The translations under genes and the position numbers were made by a program. Below the pieces are notes generated by a model that saw only the letters and a program-made list of their open reading frames with translations, searched no databases and was not told the origin of the DNA. From an uncultured bacterium (GTDB lineage: Bacteria > Margulisbacteria > Termititenacia > CAZZFK01): a DNA stretch of 64,000 bases. The stretch covers positions 82,246-146,245 of the forward strand of contig CAZZFK010000002.1 of the NCBI GenBank assembly GCA_964653455.1, written 5' to 3'. Below are positions 50,183 through 60,493 of this stretch, piece by piece (position 1 is the stretch's first letter; every line of letters begins with the position of its first letter).

Positions 50183-50950
50183 CTAGAAGCCCCTCGACGC
50201 GCCTCCGCCCCCGGACATGCCGCCGCCAAAGCCCCCGAAACCACTGCCGCCGGAACTGCCGCCGAACGAACCGAACCCTCCGCCAAAGGAGCCGTACCCG
50301 CTGTAGAACGGTCCGCCCACAAGGAGCGGGATGAAGCCGAACCTGCTGTTCAGGACGAAAAGCACGAACAAAAGCACGAAGAGCGCCTGGAGCACGCTCG
50401 CCGAACCGTCGTCCTCTTTCTCGACAGGGAAATACGCACCGTCGATCGTGACGTTGTATTTCGCGGCGATGGTCTGCGCGATGCCCAGAGCTCCGTTGTA
50501 CATCGCTTCCGAATAATTACCGTCCCTGAGCTTCGGCATCACGTACGTATCCAGGATCTCTCCTGCCTTACCGTCCGGGATGATCTCCTCGATGCCGTAT
50601 CCCGTCTCTATCTTGATCTTCCGTTCGTTCAGCGCAAGCAAAAGAAGGACCCCGTTATCCTGCCCCGCCTTGCCGATATGCCAATTGGCGAAAAGACGCG
50701 TCGCATATTCGAGGTGGTCATACGGGATCGTGGACTTGACGATGACGACCGCCATCTCGACCCCGGTCAACTGCTCCACGCTCCTCGCCATCTGCTCTAT
50801 CTTGAGCCTGGTCTGCGAATCGAGCAGGTCCGCATAATCAGAGACGTAGCCCTGGGGCTTCGGAAAAACGAAGGTGGTCGCGCCAACAACGCTCACAAGC
50901 GAGGCGAGCAGCATGGCTATGCATAGCAAGATACGGGAAGAACGTTTCAT
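50183..50950 (-). CDS. TPM-domain (YgcG-like) protein with signal peptide, one TM segment and a Gly-rich C-terminal tail
   Basis: ...YVSDYADLL...VVIVKST... is TPM phosphatase-like. The tail has GGGFGSFGG repeats. Confidence 0.65.
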   Translation of the reverse strand: MKRSSRILLCIAMLLASLVSVVGATTFVFPKPQGYVSDYADLLDSQTRLKIEQMARSVEQLTGVEMAVVIVKSTIPYDHLEYATRLFANWHIGKAGQDNGVLLLLALNERKIKIETGYGIEEIIPDGKAGEILDTYVMPKLRDGNYSEAMYNGALGIAQTIAAKYNVTIDGAYFPVEKEDDGSASVLQALFVLLFVLFVLNSRFGFIPLLVGGPFYSGYGSFGGGFGSFGGSSGGSGFGGFGGGMSGGGGASRGF

Positions 50951-51675
50951 GCGCGTGCTCTGAACGTATCGATCTTTTCGATGAGCTTCCGCAGTTCTTC
51001 CACATAATGCTGGAACACAAAATGCAGCTCCTTGGTGCGCAGCATGACGCGTACATGGCGCAACCCCAGAGCCTTGATGAACGGCTGAGGGTTGATCCCG
51101 AACAATTCAGCCGCCTGCAGCACGACCTCCTCATGTTTGAGCGGGGCTTTATCTTTTTTCAGGTGAATGACGCTGCGCAAAAGTACCGCGATCGCCCCGG
51201 CCGACATGGCCAGCAGCTCTTTGACCTGTCCAGGAGAGCGCAGATACCCCTGTCGCAACAGGACCAATTTACTGCGCAGTCCGTGTTCGCACTGTACCCG
51301 CAGCGCCTTCGTGGAAATTTTCAGCTTTCGGAATATGTTCTCTCCGTAGATCCAGATGTGCTTGTCCTGCATCTCGGAGAACTCTATCGGGAACACGTCC
51401 AGGGACTGCTGTATCTCTTTTTTCGTCAAAAAAAGCGGTTCGACCCTGAACTGACGGGCCCAACGCCTGGTCCGTTCGGATAATTTGGTGAACGTCAGGG
51501 TGTCCAGAGATTCCAGGACGACCAGGAAGTTCAGGTCGCTCTGTGTCGGCAAGAATTCTCCTGTAGCGATGCTTCCGTACAAAAAGACCGATAACAGATT
51601 GCTGCCCAAAAGGCTCTTGAGCTCTTCGGCGAACAGCTTGGCCGTTCTTTTCGGGTTCGTTATTCTTTTGAACAT
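50947..51675 (-). CDS. Nucleotidyltransferase-domain protein (minimal NTase fold, possible KNTase-like NTase plus helical/HEPN-like C-terminal domain)
   Basis: LYGSIATGEF...SDLNFLVV is the GS..D.D NTase motif. An Rx4H-like RVQCEH lies in the C-terminal half. Overlaps the TPM gene by 4 nt. Confidence 0.55.
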   Translation of the reverse strand: MFKRITNPKRTAKLFAEELKSLLGSNLLSVFLYGSIATGEFLPTQSDLNFLVVLESLDTLTFTKLSERTRRWARQFRVEPLFLTKKEIQQSLDVFPIEFSEMQDKHIWIYGENIFRKLKISTKALRVQCEHGLRSKLVLLRQGYLRSPGQVKELLAMSAGAIAVLLRSVIHLKKDKAPLKHEEVVLQAAELFGINPQPFIKALGLRHVRVMLRTKELHFVFQHYVEELRKLIEKIDTFRARA

Positions 51676-51729
51676 GGCATCCTCCGTGGCATCCCTATCT
51701 TAGCACGTGAAAAATCCTCGACAACACGC

Positions 51730-53088
51730 TCATTTCCCGACACAAAAATTCTCGAAAATATGGTCTATGACCTCCTCGGAGACCGTCTCACCCGTGATCT
51801 CCCCGAGCGCGATGACAGCGTCCTTCACGTCGATCGAGATGAGGTCCGGGGGCGTCCGGTCATGCAGGGCATTTTGAACGCGCTTGAGCGAACTGTGCGC
51901 CGCTAATAGCCTTTCTTTGTGCCGAAGCTCCATCAGCAACGGCGATGTTCCGGTCGTCCTTTCTTTCCAGCCGGCTATCCGCAACAGTTCCGTTCCCAGC
52001 ACGGACATGCCGACCCCTGTCTTTGCCGAGACAAGAACGTCCGCGATATCGGGCCCGTTCCGTCCCGGAACAAGGTCCGCCTTGTTCCCGGCGACCAGCA
52101 CCACGAGTCCTCGCGCGCGAAGGTCCTCGATCTTTTTTGTTTCTTCTTCGGATACCGGACGTGTCGCATCCACCAGGAACAGCACCACGTCCGCGGTCTC
52201 CACATGTGCGAGAGTACGCTCGATCCCGATACGTTCAACGATATCCTCGCTGTGCCGCAGCCCTGCCGTATCGACAAGGCGGACCGGAACGCCCTTGATC
52301 GTGATGACCTCTTCCAGTGCATCACGTGTCGTCCCCGGGACATCAGTAACGATAGCGCTCTGCTCCCCGGTCAGGTGATTGAGAAGGCTGGATTTACCAA
52401 CGTTCGGTGCCCCGGCGATAACGACCTTCACGCCGTCCTTCAAGAGCTGTCCCTGCCTGCTCGTATCCAGCAATCGTTCAATATGTCCGAGCGCGGAGGC
52501 AACGGGCCGCAAGACCCCTTTCGGCGAAAGCTCCTCGATCTCATCCGGGAAATCTATAGCAGCCTCGATGCGCGCGAGCAGTTGCAGTAACTGGTCCCGT
52601 ATCGTTCGTATATCTTTTGAGAGCACCCCTTCAAGATGGAGCAGGGCAGCGGAGAGCGTCGACGAGGCCTGAGCTTCTATGACCTGAGAGATCGCTTCTG
52701 CCTGCGTCAGATCAAGTTTGCCCGCAAGGAACGCACGTTTGGTGAACTCGCCTTTATGCGCGAGCCTCGCCCCTGCCTTGATCGCTGCCTCTATGACCTG
52801 GTGAACAATGATGATATTTCCGTGCGTACTTATTTCAACGGTATCTTCGCCGGTGTAGGTCTTTGGCCCCTTCATCGCCCAGACGAGGGCTTCGTCTATC
52901 TTTTTCTTTTGGGCGTTGAATAGCGGCGAGAACTGTACCCGGTGCGACCTGATGGAGGCCGGCTTTTTTCGCGTCAATGCATGAACGACGGAAAAGGCTT
53001 TCGGTCCTGATATGCGGACCAACGCGACCGCGCTTTTTCCTGGCGGCGTTGCCGGGGCGACTATCGTGTCCCGCAGATGAGACACCAT
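51730..53088 (-). CDS. mnmE: tRNA modification GTPase MnmE/TrmE
   Basis: G-domain GAPNVGKSSL. C-terminal CxGK (…FCVGK). Confidence 0.9.
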   Translation of the reverse strand: MVSHLRDTIVAPATPPGKSAVALVRISGPKAFSVVHALTRKKPASIRSHRVQFSPLFNAQKKKIDEALVWAMKGPKTYTGEDTVEISTHGNIIIVHQVIEAAIKAGARLAHKGEFTKRAFLAGKLDLTQAEAISQVIEAQASSTLSAALLHLEGVLSKDIRTIRDQLLQLLARIEAAIDFPDEIEELSPKGVLRPVASALGHIERLLDTSRQGQLLKDGVKVVIAGAPNVGKSSLLNHLTGEQSAIVTDVPGTTRDALEEVITIKGVPVRLVDTAGLRHSEDIVERIGIERTLAHVETADVVLFLVDATRPVSEEETKKIEDLRARGLVVLVAGNKADLVPGRNGPDIADVLVSAKTGVGMSVLGTELLRIAGWKERTTGTSPLLMELRHKERLLAAHSSLKRVQNALHDRTPPDLISIDVKDAVIALGEITGETVSEEVIDHIFENFCVGK

Positions 53089-53097
53089 AGCGCTCCT

Positions 53098-53730
53098 TTA
53101 GGCCTGTTGTTCCTGAAGTGCTCCCTCAGGCTGGCCGTTCTCTTGCGTTCTCTCCGGAGCGGCACCGGGGGCTACGATGATGCGGCGATCGCGCATCTCG
53201 CCCGTGCTGTAGGTATGCACATCTTTCCAAGAAGAAAGTTCATCATGGATGAAGCGTCTCTCTGCGGCCGTCATCGGTTCAAGCTCGACAGGCTTCTGCT
53301 GCCGTATCGCCATTTGCGCGGCATCACGGGCCATGCGTCTCAGCGTCTGTTCACGGCGCTCACGGTATTTATTGGCATCTACTTTAACGAACACCCGTCC
53401 GCCGTTACGCTTGCTCATGATGCTCCCGAGCAGCTGCTGTAGCGCATTGAGCGTATTGCCTTCTTTGCCGATGAGCCTGCCCATATCATCCCCTACCAGT
53501 TCATAGAACAACGCATCTTCTTTTTCCTGTGCGCGAACGGCCGCCTCAAAACCCATTTTTGTGATGATCGTCTTCAATACGTCCGCGCCTTCTTGCGCCC
53601 GTGCCGAGACGTCACCGGACGGTCCTGCCGCCTCGCTGGACACATCGCCCTGGTCCTGTATCTCTTGTTCAGGGGCGACCGGCGCACCTGTTTCCTTTTT
53701 CCTTCCGAATATCCCGAAAAACTCTTTCAT
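53098..53730 (-). CDS. jag: Jag/KhpB RNA-binding protein (Jag_N, KH, R3H)
   Basis: KH (GRLIGKEGNTLNALQ) and R3H regions. Its position downstream of yidC is conserved. Confidence 0.8.
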   Translation of the reverse strand: MKEFFGIFGRKKETGAPVAPEQEIQDQGDVSSEAAGPSGDVSARAQEGADVLKTIITKMGFEAAVRAQEKEDALFYELVGDDMGRLIGKEGNTLNALQQLLGSIMSKRNGGRVFVKVDANKYRERREQTLRRMARDAAQMAIRQQKPVELEPMTAAERRFIHDELSSWKDVHTYSTGEMRDRRIIVAPGAAPERTQENGQPEGALQEQQA

Positions 53731-53752
53731 CGAAATTCCTCCTTACAAAAAA

Positions 53753-54481
53753 TTATTTCTTTTTCTGGACCTCTATCACGGCCACTTTCTCGAGCACCGG
53801 CTTTTGCCGGGAAAGCACGAATTGTTGCGCCGCGGTGAGCAGATTCGACGTCACCCAGTAAAGCAGCACGCCCGTCGGCAGGTTCGCGCAGATGAACAAC
53901 ATGAATATCGGCATGAACATCATCATCTGGGCCTGTGAAGGATCGGAGACCGTCATCGTTTTCTGGGTCAGGTACGTCGATATCGCGATCAGGAGAACGA
54001 GCGGCGTCACGAACTTGAACAAGGGGCTCATCGCAACGAACGCCTGCATGGAGAGCTGATGGGCTTCGCTCGCAGCGAAATTGTCGAGCCAAAAGAACTG
54101 GCCCGCGCTCCCTGCCGCCTGCATGACCTTCTGGACCAGCGGACTGCTGAGCGTCGCGAAAAGTGCGATGAGCACCGGCATCTGTATCAACACCGGCAGA
54201 CACCCTCCGAACGGGTTCACTCCGTGCTCTTTATAGATCGACATGAGCTCCTGCTGCATGCGCTGGGGGTCCTTGCTGTGTATGCGCTGGACCTCTTTGA
54301 TCTTCGGCTGCACCTTCTGCATGGCGGACATTGATTCGTACTGTTTGACCGTAAGAGGATACATGACCGCTTTGATAGCGACCGTGAGCAATATGATCGC
54401 CCATCCGTAATTGCCGCACATCTGAAAAAAGAACTGCAGTGCCGGAAAGGTCAGGTCGATGAGAATATTCCCTGTTTGCAT
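53753..54481 (-). CDS. yidC: Membrane protein insertase YidC (short, Oxa1-like form, 242 aa)
   Basis: Multi-TM. Conserved YidC core motifs. The size is typical of the short YidC form. Confidence 0.85.
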   Translation of the reverse strand: MQTGNILIDLTFPALQFFFQMCGNYGWAIILLTVAIKAVMYPLTVKQYESMSAMQKVQPKIKEVQRIHSKDPQRMQQELMSIYKEHGVNPFGGCLPVLIQMPVLIALFATLSSPLVQKVMQAAGSAGQFFWLDNFAASEAHQLSMQAFVAMSPLFKFVTPLVLLIAISTYLTQKTMTVSDPSQAQMMMFMPIFMLFICANLPTGVLLYWVTSNLLTAAQQFVLSRQKPVLEKVAVIEVQKKK

Positions 54482-54505
54482 GGATAACTCCTTTTTCCGA
54501 AACTA

Positions 54506-54718
54506 CTACGGCACCGGGTCATGGCCGCCCGGATGCCAGGGATGACAGCGCATAATGCGTTTCATACCGAGCATGCCGCCTTTGATGGCCCCGTACCGCT
54601 CAACTGCGATCTTTACATACTCCGAACACGTCGGATAGAACCGGCATGCCGGCCGAAGGTGCGGGCTGATGAACCGCTGATATCCTGTGATCAGCATGAT
54701 CAGCGCCTTCTTGATCAT
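54506..54718 (-). CDS. yidD: Membrane protein insertion efficiency factor YidD
   Basis: YQRFISP...CRFYPTCSEY is the YidD signature. Confidence 0.85.
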   Translation of the reverse strand: MIKKALIMLITGYQRFISPHLRPACRFYPTCSEYVKIAVERYGAIKGGMLGMKRIMRCHPWHPGGHDPVP

Positions 54719-55044
54719 GTGCGTCTTGCTCGTACTCGATCATCAACGATCTTGAGCGCGTTCAAGATATCCTGCATTTTTTTATCCCGTATGGGCGGCT
54801 GCGCCTTGAGTACGATCATCCCGGGGAGCAGGCCCCGCTCCGCGACCATCGCCTTGAGCGCCTCACGCATCAAGCGCTTGGCACGATTACGGGCAACTGC
54901 ATTCCCGACATTTCTGCCGGCAACATATGCGCACTTATTCTCGTCGGCCGGGAATATATAACAGGTGCATGGTCCGACATTGAGCTTCCTGCCCTGCGTA
55001 TAGATCTTGGCGAATTCGCTTCTGCGTACACGGCCGTAGCTCAT
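54715..55044 (-). CDS. rnpA: Ribonuclease P protein component
   Basis: The basic RnpA motif is conserved (...NRAKRLMREA...). Confidence 0.85.
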   Translation of the reverse strand: MSYGRVRRSEFAKIYTQGRKLNVGPCTCYIFPADENKCAYVAGRNVGNAVARNRAKRLMREALKAMVAERGLLPGMIVLKAQPPIRDKKMQDILNALKIVDDRVRARRT

Positions 55045-55069
55045 ACGCGTCCTTTTTGGCCGTGATGGA

Positions 55070-55207
55070 TTATTTTACTGCTAATCGCTTTCTTCCCTTG
55101 GCACGTCGAGATTTTATGACGCGTCTTCCGCCGACCGTTTCCATACGCACTAAGAACCCGTGCGTACGTTTTCTTTTCCGTGAATTTGGCTGATATGTTC
55201 TCTTCAT
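55070..55207 (-). CDS. rpmH: 50S ribosomal protein L34
   Basis: My own translation of the minus strand gives [45 protein letters not shown]. It is too short to appear in the ORF track. Confidence 0.85.
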   Translation of the reverse strand: MKRTYQPNSRKRKRTHGFLVRMETVGGRRVIKSRRAKGRKRLAVK

Positions 55208-55910
55208 TTCCGTTCAACATCCTTTCCTGATTTCAGGCGTGAAATTATAAACGACACCCCCGCTCCGTGGCAAGTGAAATATCTTGTGGCCTTGTCGCCC
55301 CGGAAGAGGTTTTTCACGGTATGAGCATACCCGATCTCTGGCTTTTTAATGTGTAGATAGGGGACCAAACCCTAGAAAAACCCTCTTTATGTCCGGCGTA
55401 ACAATAATTATTTATGCGCATAGATCTACCATCCTGGAACGGAACAAGGATATCACCATCTTTTTACAAGTATTTTATTATTTTACGGTACTTATCAACA
55501 TATCAATAAAAAAATACACCTGTTGCCTTAAAATATCATATGTATATATTGTGGATAATATAACTATTTTTATCTTCATTATATATATTTTCTACAACCG
55601 CTTATGTTATATTTTACTTAACTTTTAACATAAATATATACCATAAAGTCAGCACAAAATCATGAAAAATAACCTACTTTTAAACATTTTCTCCACACCC
55701 TGTGCACTTCTTGTGGAAAAGATGTGTAGATATTGTTTTTTTGCGTAATATGTGCTATTTTTAACACCTGATTATTAACAAATATTTTTATTTATTTTAA
55801 TTTTTTATTGTTACTATAAAGATTTCAGATTATCCATATTATCCACACAATCTTGTGGACAATAGGGATAATAAGTGGATAAATACCATAAACAAAAAGG
55901 ATTTTTCATT
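55208..55910. promoter_or_regulatory. oriC: Chromosomal replication origin, upstream arm: AT-rich region with DnaA boxes and the dnaA promoter. The run includes the dnaA start region.
   Basis: DnaA boxes: TGTGGATAA at 55550-58; TTATCCATA at 55830-38; TTATCCACA at 55839-47; TGTGGACAA at 55854-62; AGTGGATAA at 55874-82. A block at about 55740-55820 is more than 80% AT. It lies between rpmH and dnaA. Confidence 0.7.
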
Positions 55911-57293
55911 ATGAACTCACATTTATCTGATACCTGGAATAAAATAGTGGATAACTTAAAATCTCAACTGAGCACACCAGGATTTAAAACCTTTCTTTCT
56001 TCGGCAAAACCGGTATCACTTGAGGAAGGCATACTGACGATCAGTGTCCCGAATGATTTCACCAAGAACTGGATCGTTGAGCGATGTGAGATACTTATCA
56101 AGGATTTCTTAAAACAGGATATCGGCCAGCATATCATGATCAACTATACCCTCACCGGAGAAGAGGTCGCTCCGGAAATAGCCGAAGAGGTCAAAGCACA
56201 AGTAGGAACAGAACCGGCGGCTTCCGCCCAAACAGCCGACACTGCACCGCCGACACTGGCGGGGACCTACCTGAACCCAAAATATACCTTCTCAACGTTC
56301 GTTGTCGGCCATAATAATCGCTTTGCTCATGCCGCCGCTCTTGCCGTCGCGGAAACCCCCGCTAAAGCGTATAACCCTTTGTTCATTTACGGAGGTTCAG
56401 GGCTGGGAAAGACGCACTTACTGCAGGCTATAGGACATAAAGCGCTGCAGATAAATCCGAAGCTCAAAGTGCTCTATGTCAATTCAGAGCACTTTCTTAA
56501 TGACCTGGTCAATTCCATACGCGACGATCGCAGTGAAGAGTTCCGTAACCGGTACCGCAATATCGATATACTTCTGGTCGACGACGTACAGTTCATTGCC
56601 GGAAAGGAACGCAGTCAGGAAGAGTTCTTTCATACCTTCAATGCACTGCACAGTGCGAACAAACAGATCGTTCTTTCCTCGGACCGACCGCCGAAAGAGA
56701 TCACAGCGATGGAGGATAGACTGCGCACCCGTTTTTCATGGGGATTGCTCGCCGATATCAGGCCCCCGGAACTTGAGACCCGTATCGCGATCCTGCGGAA
56801 GAAAGCGGACCGCGAGTCACTGAACATCCCGGACGAGGTATTGCATTATATCGCCTCGCAGATCCCTTCCAATATCCGCGACCTTGAAGGCGCGCTCATT
56901 AAGATCGCCGTCTATTCATCGCTCGTGAACACAGAACTCGATGTCCCGCTCGCCGCCGAAGTGATCAAAGATATCGTTTCGCCTCAACAGGATAAACCGA
57001 TAACTATCAGCGCCATCAAAAAAGCCGTCGCGGAACATTTCCGTATGGACGTTGACCTGCTCTCCGCAAAATTACGCACAAAAGAGGTCGCGCTTGCTCG
57101 TCAGATCGCCATGTACCTTGCCAGAGAATTAACGACCTCCTCACTCCCGACCATCGGCACTAATTTCGGTGGACGCGATCATACGACCGTTATGCATGCG
57201 TGCGACAAGATCAAAGAAGAGATGGCAAAAGATTCACAGATCAATGATATGGTCAAAAGTATCATGAACAGCCTGAGCAAGTCCGATCTTTAA
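55911..57293 (+). CDS. dnaA: Chromosomal replication initiator protein DnaA
   Basis: AAA+ Walker A GGSGLGKTHLL. C-terminal DnaA-box-binding domain. The start is set at ATG 55911; the track ORF starts at GTG 55875 inside a DnaA box. Confidence 0.9.
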   Translation: MNSHLSDTWNKIVDNLKSQLSTPGFKTFLSSAKPVSLEEGILTISVPNDFTKNWIVERCEILIKDFLKQDIGQHIMINYTLTGEEVAPEIAEEVKAQVGTEPAASAQTADTAPPTLAGTYLNPKYTFSTFVVGHNNRFAHAAALAVAETPAKAYNPLFIYGGSGLGKTHLLQAIGHKALQINPKLKVLYVNSEHFLNDLVNSIRDDRSEEFRNRYRNIDILLVDDVQFIAGKERSQEEFFHTFNALHSANKQIVLSSDRPPKEITAMEDRLRTRFSWGLLADIRPPELETRIAILRKKADRESLNIPDEVLHYIASQIPSNIRDLEGALIKIAVYSSLVNTELDVPLAAEVIKDIVSPQQDKPITISAIKKAVAEHFRMDVDLLSAKLRTKEVALARQIAMYLARELTTSSLPTIGTNFGGRDHTTVMHACDKIKEEMAKDSQINDMVKSIMNSLSKSDL

Positions 57294-57566
57294 TATGCAC
57301 TGAACAGACGGTCTGTAGAAAAAGTTATTAGACGTGTTTGTTGATAGAGATGTTGATAGAAGGTTTTTACGAAAAGCATAAATTTTATTTGTGGATAAAA
57401 TTTAATTCATGTACAATAACCGTCAAAGTTATGAACACGTTATTCATATCGGTTCTTTGAGTTTTTTGGTCGTGTGGTCTGTAAAATGAAAAATACACAC
57501 ATATCCACAGGCCCTACTACTATTACTACTATTTTTTAGATATACAGAAAGGATTAGTAGATTATT
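57294..57566. promoter_or_regulatory. oriC: dnaA-dnaN intergenic region with DnaA boxes (second arm of a probable bipartite oriC)
   Basis: TGTGGATAA at 57390-98 and ATATCCACA at 57501-09. AT-rich. Confidence 0.5.
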
Positions 57567-58682
57567 ATGGAGTTCAATTGTTCAAAAGAAGAATTGGTCC
57601 GGGGAATACATATTGTTGAGAAAGCGGTCGCTGTTCGCAATACACTTCCGATCATCGGTAATATCTTATTGGAATCCACAAGTAAAGGTATAAAACTCGC
57701 AGCGAATGATCTTGAGATCGGGATCGAAGCGATCGTGGATTCCCAAGTGCTCAAGGATGGCGCGATACTCGCACCCGCGAAGACCTTCTCAGGTATCATT
57801 CAACGCCTCCCTGAAGGAGAAGTGAAGATCAAGATCGATGAGGGTAATACGATCAAGATCAGCTGTGCGCAATCAAAATTCACTATACACGGGCTTCCGA
57901 CCGATGAATTCCCGATGTTACCGAAGATCAAGGACGGTCATGAGTTCGAAGTACCGGCATTACTCCTGCGCGATATCATCAAACAGACCATCATTGCGGT
58001 GTCCATGGATGAGAGCAAACATGTGCTCAATGGTGTGCTCCTTGATATCAATGATAAAGAACTTATCTGTGTTTCCACGGACGGATATCGGTTAGCGCAA
58101 CGTAAGGCAACACTCGAGCATAAAGTGAACTTTAAAGGCAGTGTGATCATCCCGACCAAGGTCCTGACCGAGTTATTGCGTGTCCTACAGCAGGAAAGTT
58201 ATACCGACGCCGTGCGCGTATCGTTCTCTAAAGAGCAGATATCTTTCAGTTTTAAAGATATTTATTTTGTGTCACGTCTTATCCAAGGTCAATTCCCGGA
58301 TTATAAGCAGGTCATCCCTAAAAAGACCGAAGTACAGATGACGATCCCGCGTACCGCACTTCAGGAAGCGGCAGAGCGTAGTTCTATTATCGCCAGCACG
58401 AGCGCGAACATCATCCGCCTAGAGACCATGGATAATAAATTACATATCACTGCCAACACTCCTGATGTCGGTAATGTGAGCGAGTTATTGGATGTCATAA
58501 TAAAAGGTGCAGAAAAGAACAAGGTCGCGTTCAATGTCCGTTTATTATTGGATGTCCTACGGAACATTGAAGATGAGGATATTATCCTTGAGTTGACCGG
58601 GACTTTAAGCCCTGGAATAGTCCGTTCGCCATCCACGAGCGATTATCTCTATATCATTATGCCGATCAGGACTGCAGAATAG
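57567..58682 (+). CDS. dnaN: DNA polymerase III beta sliding clamp
   Basis: MEFNCSKEELVRGIHIVEKAV... is the typical clamp N-terminus. 371 aa. Confidence 0.9.
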   Translation: MEFNCSKEELVRGIHIVEKAVAVRNTLPIIGNILLESTSKGIKLAANDLEIGIEAIVDSQVLKDGAILAPAKTFSGIIQRLPEGEVKIKIDEGNTIKISCAQSKFTIHGLPTDEFPMLPKIKDGHEFEVPALLLRDIIKQTIIAVSMDESKHVLNGVLLDINDKELICVSTDGYRLAQRKATLEHKVNFKGSVIIPTKVLTELLRVLQQESYTDAVRVSFSKEQISFSFKDIYFVSRLIQGQFPDYKQVIPKKTEVQMTIPRTALQEAAERSSIIASTSANIIRLETMDNKLHITANTPDVGNVSELLDVIIKGAEKNKVAFNVRLLLDVLRNIEDEDIILELTGTLSPGIVRSPSTSDYLYIIMPIRTAE

Positions 58683-58683
58683 A

Positions 58684-60369
58684 TCATAAGTTCTCATAAA
58701 ATTCTGTTCTATACTTCCTTTGTTGAAGTTTTAATAATCCACCACGGATGATCTCAAGGATCCTTTGTATGAACACATCTTTTGTGATATGTGTATAATT
58801 AGTATCAACCGCTAGATACCATAATTGTGTGTCAAGAACATGATTTTCCCCGTTCGGTATATAGTCATTCATTAATTGTGTGGAGAGTAACTGCTCTTTG
58901 TTATATCCCTGATATTTAAGCTGTACTATCTGTTCCTGGATGATCTTTGAGCGTTGCCGATATAAAGTGCTAAATAAGCCCATAAGTACTGAATTCTCAC
59001 AATACGTATTATCCCATAACTCTCGTAATACAGTATCTTGCATTGATAATAATTTTTTACTTGAGTATTGGCCGGTTTTTAGAGCCTGATCGATCATGGT
59101 GTATGTTGATTGTGTATAGTATCTGGCAGCGACATTTCCCATATTGAATTGATCATTGCTAATATCCATAATGAGCCGTTTATAAAAGAACCGTGCTTCA
59201 GGGACCGTTAATTTACTATTCTTAACAAGATCTTTTAGTATTGTGTCGATCTGAACTAGAGAGGGATGTTTTGAAAAATTCAACACCAGGAGAGGCACAT
59301 CATTCTTTAAAAGAGTGTATTGAGAGTCGACAGTATTTTCTATTGATGATTTTTTGATCTGGCATACAGAACCATCCCCTGAGAATTCTTTTACAAGCAT
59401 GTCATCCTGAGTACTTACAGAAGAAATAATAATAACAGATACAGGGCCATCATCACTGACATAGGAAAGATCGAGCGCATGTTTTTTTCCCATGACAGCA
59501 AGTACGGTCCCTTTGCGTGCATATGTGCTGATACGGGTCGTCATAACGGCCGAGCGATGTCTGATCCAATCATCATCTTTGATCTTTTTTGCGTTCTCCG
59601 GCTCATCCATCCCGATAACAGTGTTCTTTTTGATGATCTGTAAGGCATAGAAAGGGTCTATGATGGGGTCCCAGTTCTGGATAATAGTTATCTTTTCACT
59701 GTCGGTAAGGTCAGACCGTGAGGTGAAGAAAAGGTCCATGCCTGCGGAAGTTCTTGATGCGTCGCTCACACCCGATCCGCCTTCGTTGAGATAGATCGGA
59801 TCAAGAGGTGTTAACCGTAAGATATCGGCCAGGATCTGCCGACGTGTTCGCGCGGATGCATGAACATCCTCAAAAATAATAGCAACGTGCTCACTTGATC
59901 CGAAATGAGCATAGGCGATACGGTCCTTAATGGATGATAATATGTCTTCTGGAATGCCGTATGCTTCGGCGATCCTCCCGATGTCATCTCGGTCAAAGGA
60001 GTTGTACGGTATCGATAGCTGAGGATGGAGCGCCTGGTCTTGATATATCTTTAAAAGCCGTGCCTCATTGTCTTGAAGATTTGAAGGGTCGTAATGGGTG
60101 CTGATGAAATAATAGACGAGAGAAGAGCCGAGCACGGCCGTGGTCGTGATGGCCGGATATATATATTTCTTCATGATCTTTTTTAAGAGCCTGTCATGTG
60201 TTGTTTGCAGCGTGTTCATACGTTGTTTTGCCTGTGTTTTTTTCTTGGCGCTCTTCTGCGCATCCACGGCCAGTTTTAGTTCACGAGAGACATTCATGAA
60301 TTCTTTGATATCTTCAGGAATGAACGAAATTTCTTTATGTGTTTGAATGGGCAGTACTTTATGTAGCAT
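58684..60369 (-). CDS. Hypothetical single-pass membrane protein (about 561 aa), AT-rich, inserted antisense between dnaN and recF
   Basis: Start chosen at ATG 60369 (MLHKVLPIQ...), with an AGGAGG RBS 7 nt upstream. The track ORF extends to 60495. One TM segment (IYPAITTTAVLGSSLVYYFI). About 38-40% GC. No confident family; a faint TraB/GumN-like impression only. Confidence 0.5.
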   Translation of the reverse strand: MLHKVLPIQTHKEISFIPEDIKEFMNVSRELKLAVDAQKSAKKKTQAKQRMNTLQTTHDRLLKKIMKKYIYPAITTTAVLGSSLVYYFISTHYDPSNLQDNEARLLKIYQDQALHPQLSIPYNSFDRDDIGRIAEAYGIPEDILSSIKDRIAYAHFGSSEHVAIIFEDVHASARTRRQILADILRLTPLDPIYLNEGGSGVSDASRTSAGMDLFFTSRSDLTDSEKITIIQNWDPIIDPFYALQIIKKNTVIGMDEPENAKKIKDDDWIRHRSAVMTTRISTYARKGTVLAVMGKKHALDLSYVSDDGPVSVIIISSVSTQDDMLVKEFSGDGSVCQIKKSSIENTVDSQYTLLKNDVPLLVLNFSKHPSLVQIDTILKDLVKNSKLTVPEARFFYKRLIMDISNDQFNMGNVAARYYTQSTYTMIDQALKTGQYSSKKLLSMQDTVLRELWDNTYCENSVLMGLFSTLYRQRSKIIQEQIVQLKYQGYNKEQLLSTQLMNDYIPNGENHVLDTQLWYLAVDTNYTHITKDVFIQRILEIIRGGLLKLQQRKYRTEFYENL

Positions 60370-60493
60370 CACAATACCTCCTGAGCGATAAAGATCGCTC
60401 AATAAGATATCGTAAATAGCGGTTTTTTCTCCCATGTTCAGGGCGTTCGCGGATGCATGGACCCCGGACATAACGGGGGGTACAATGCAAGCC

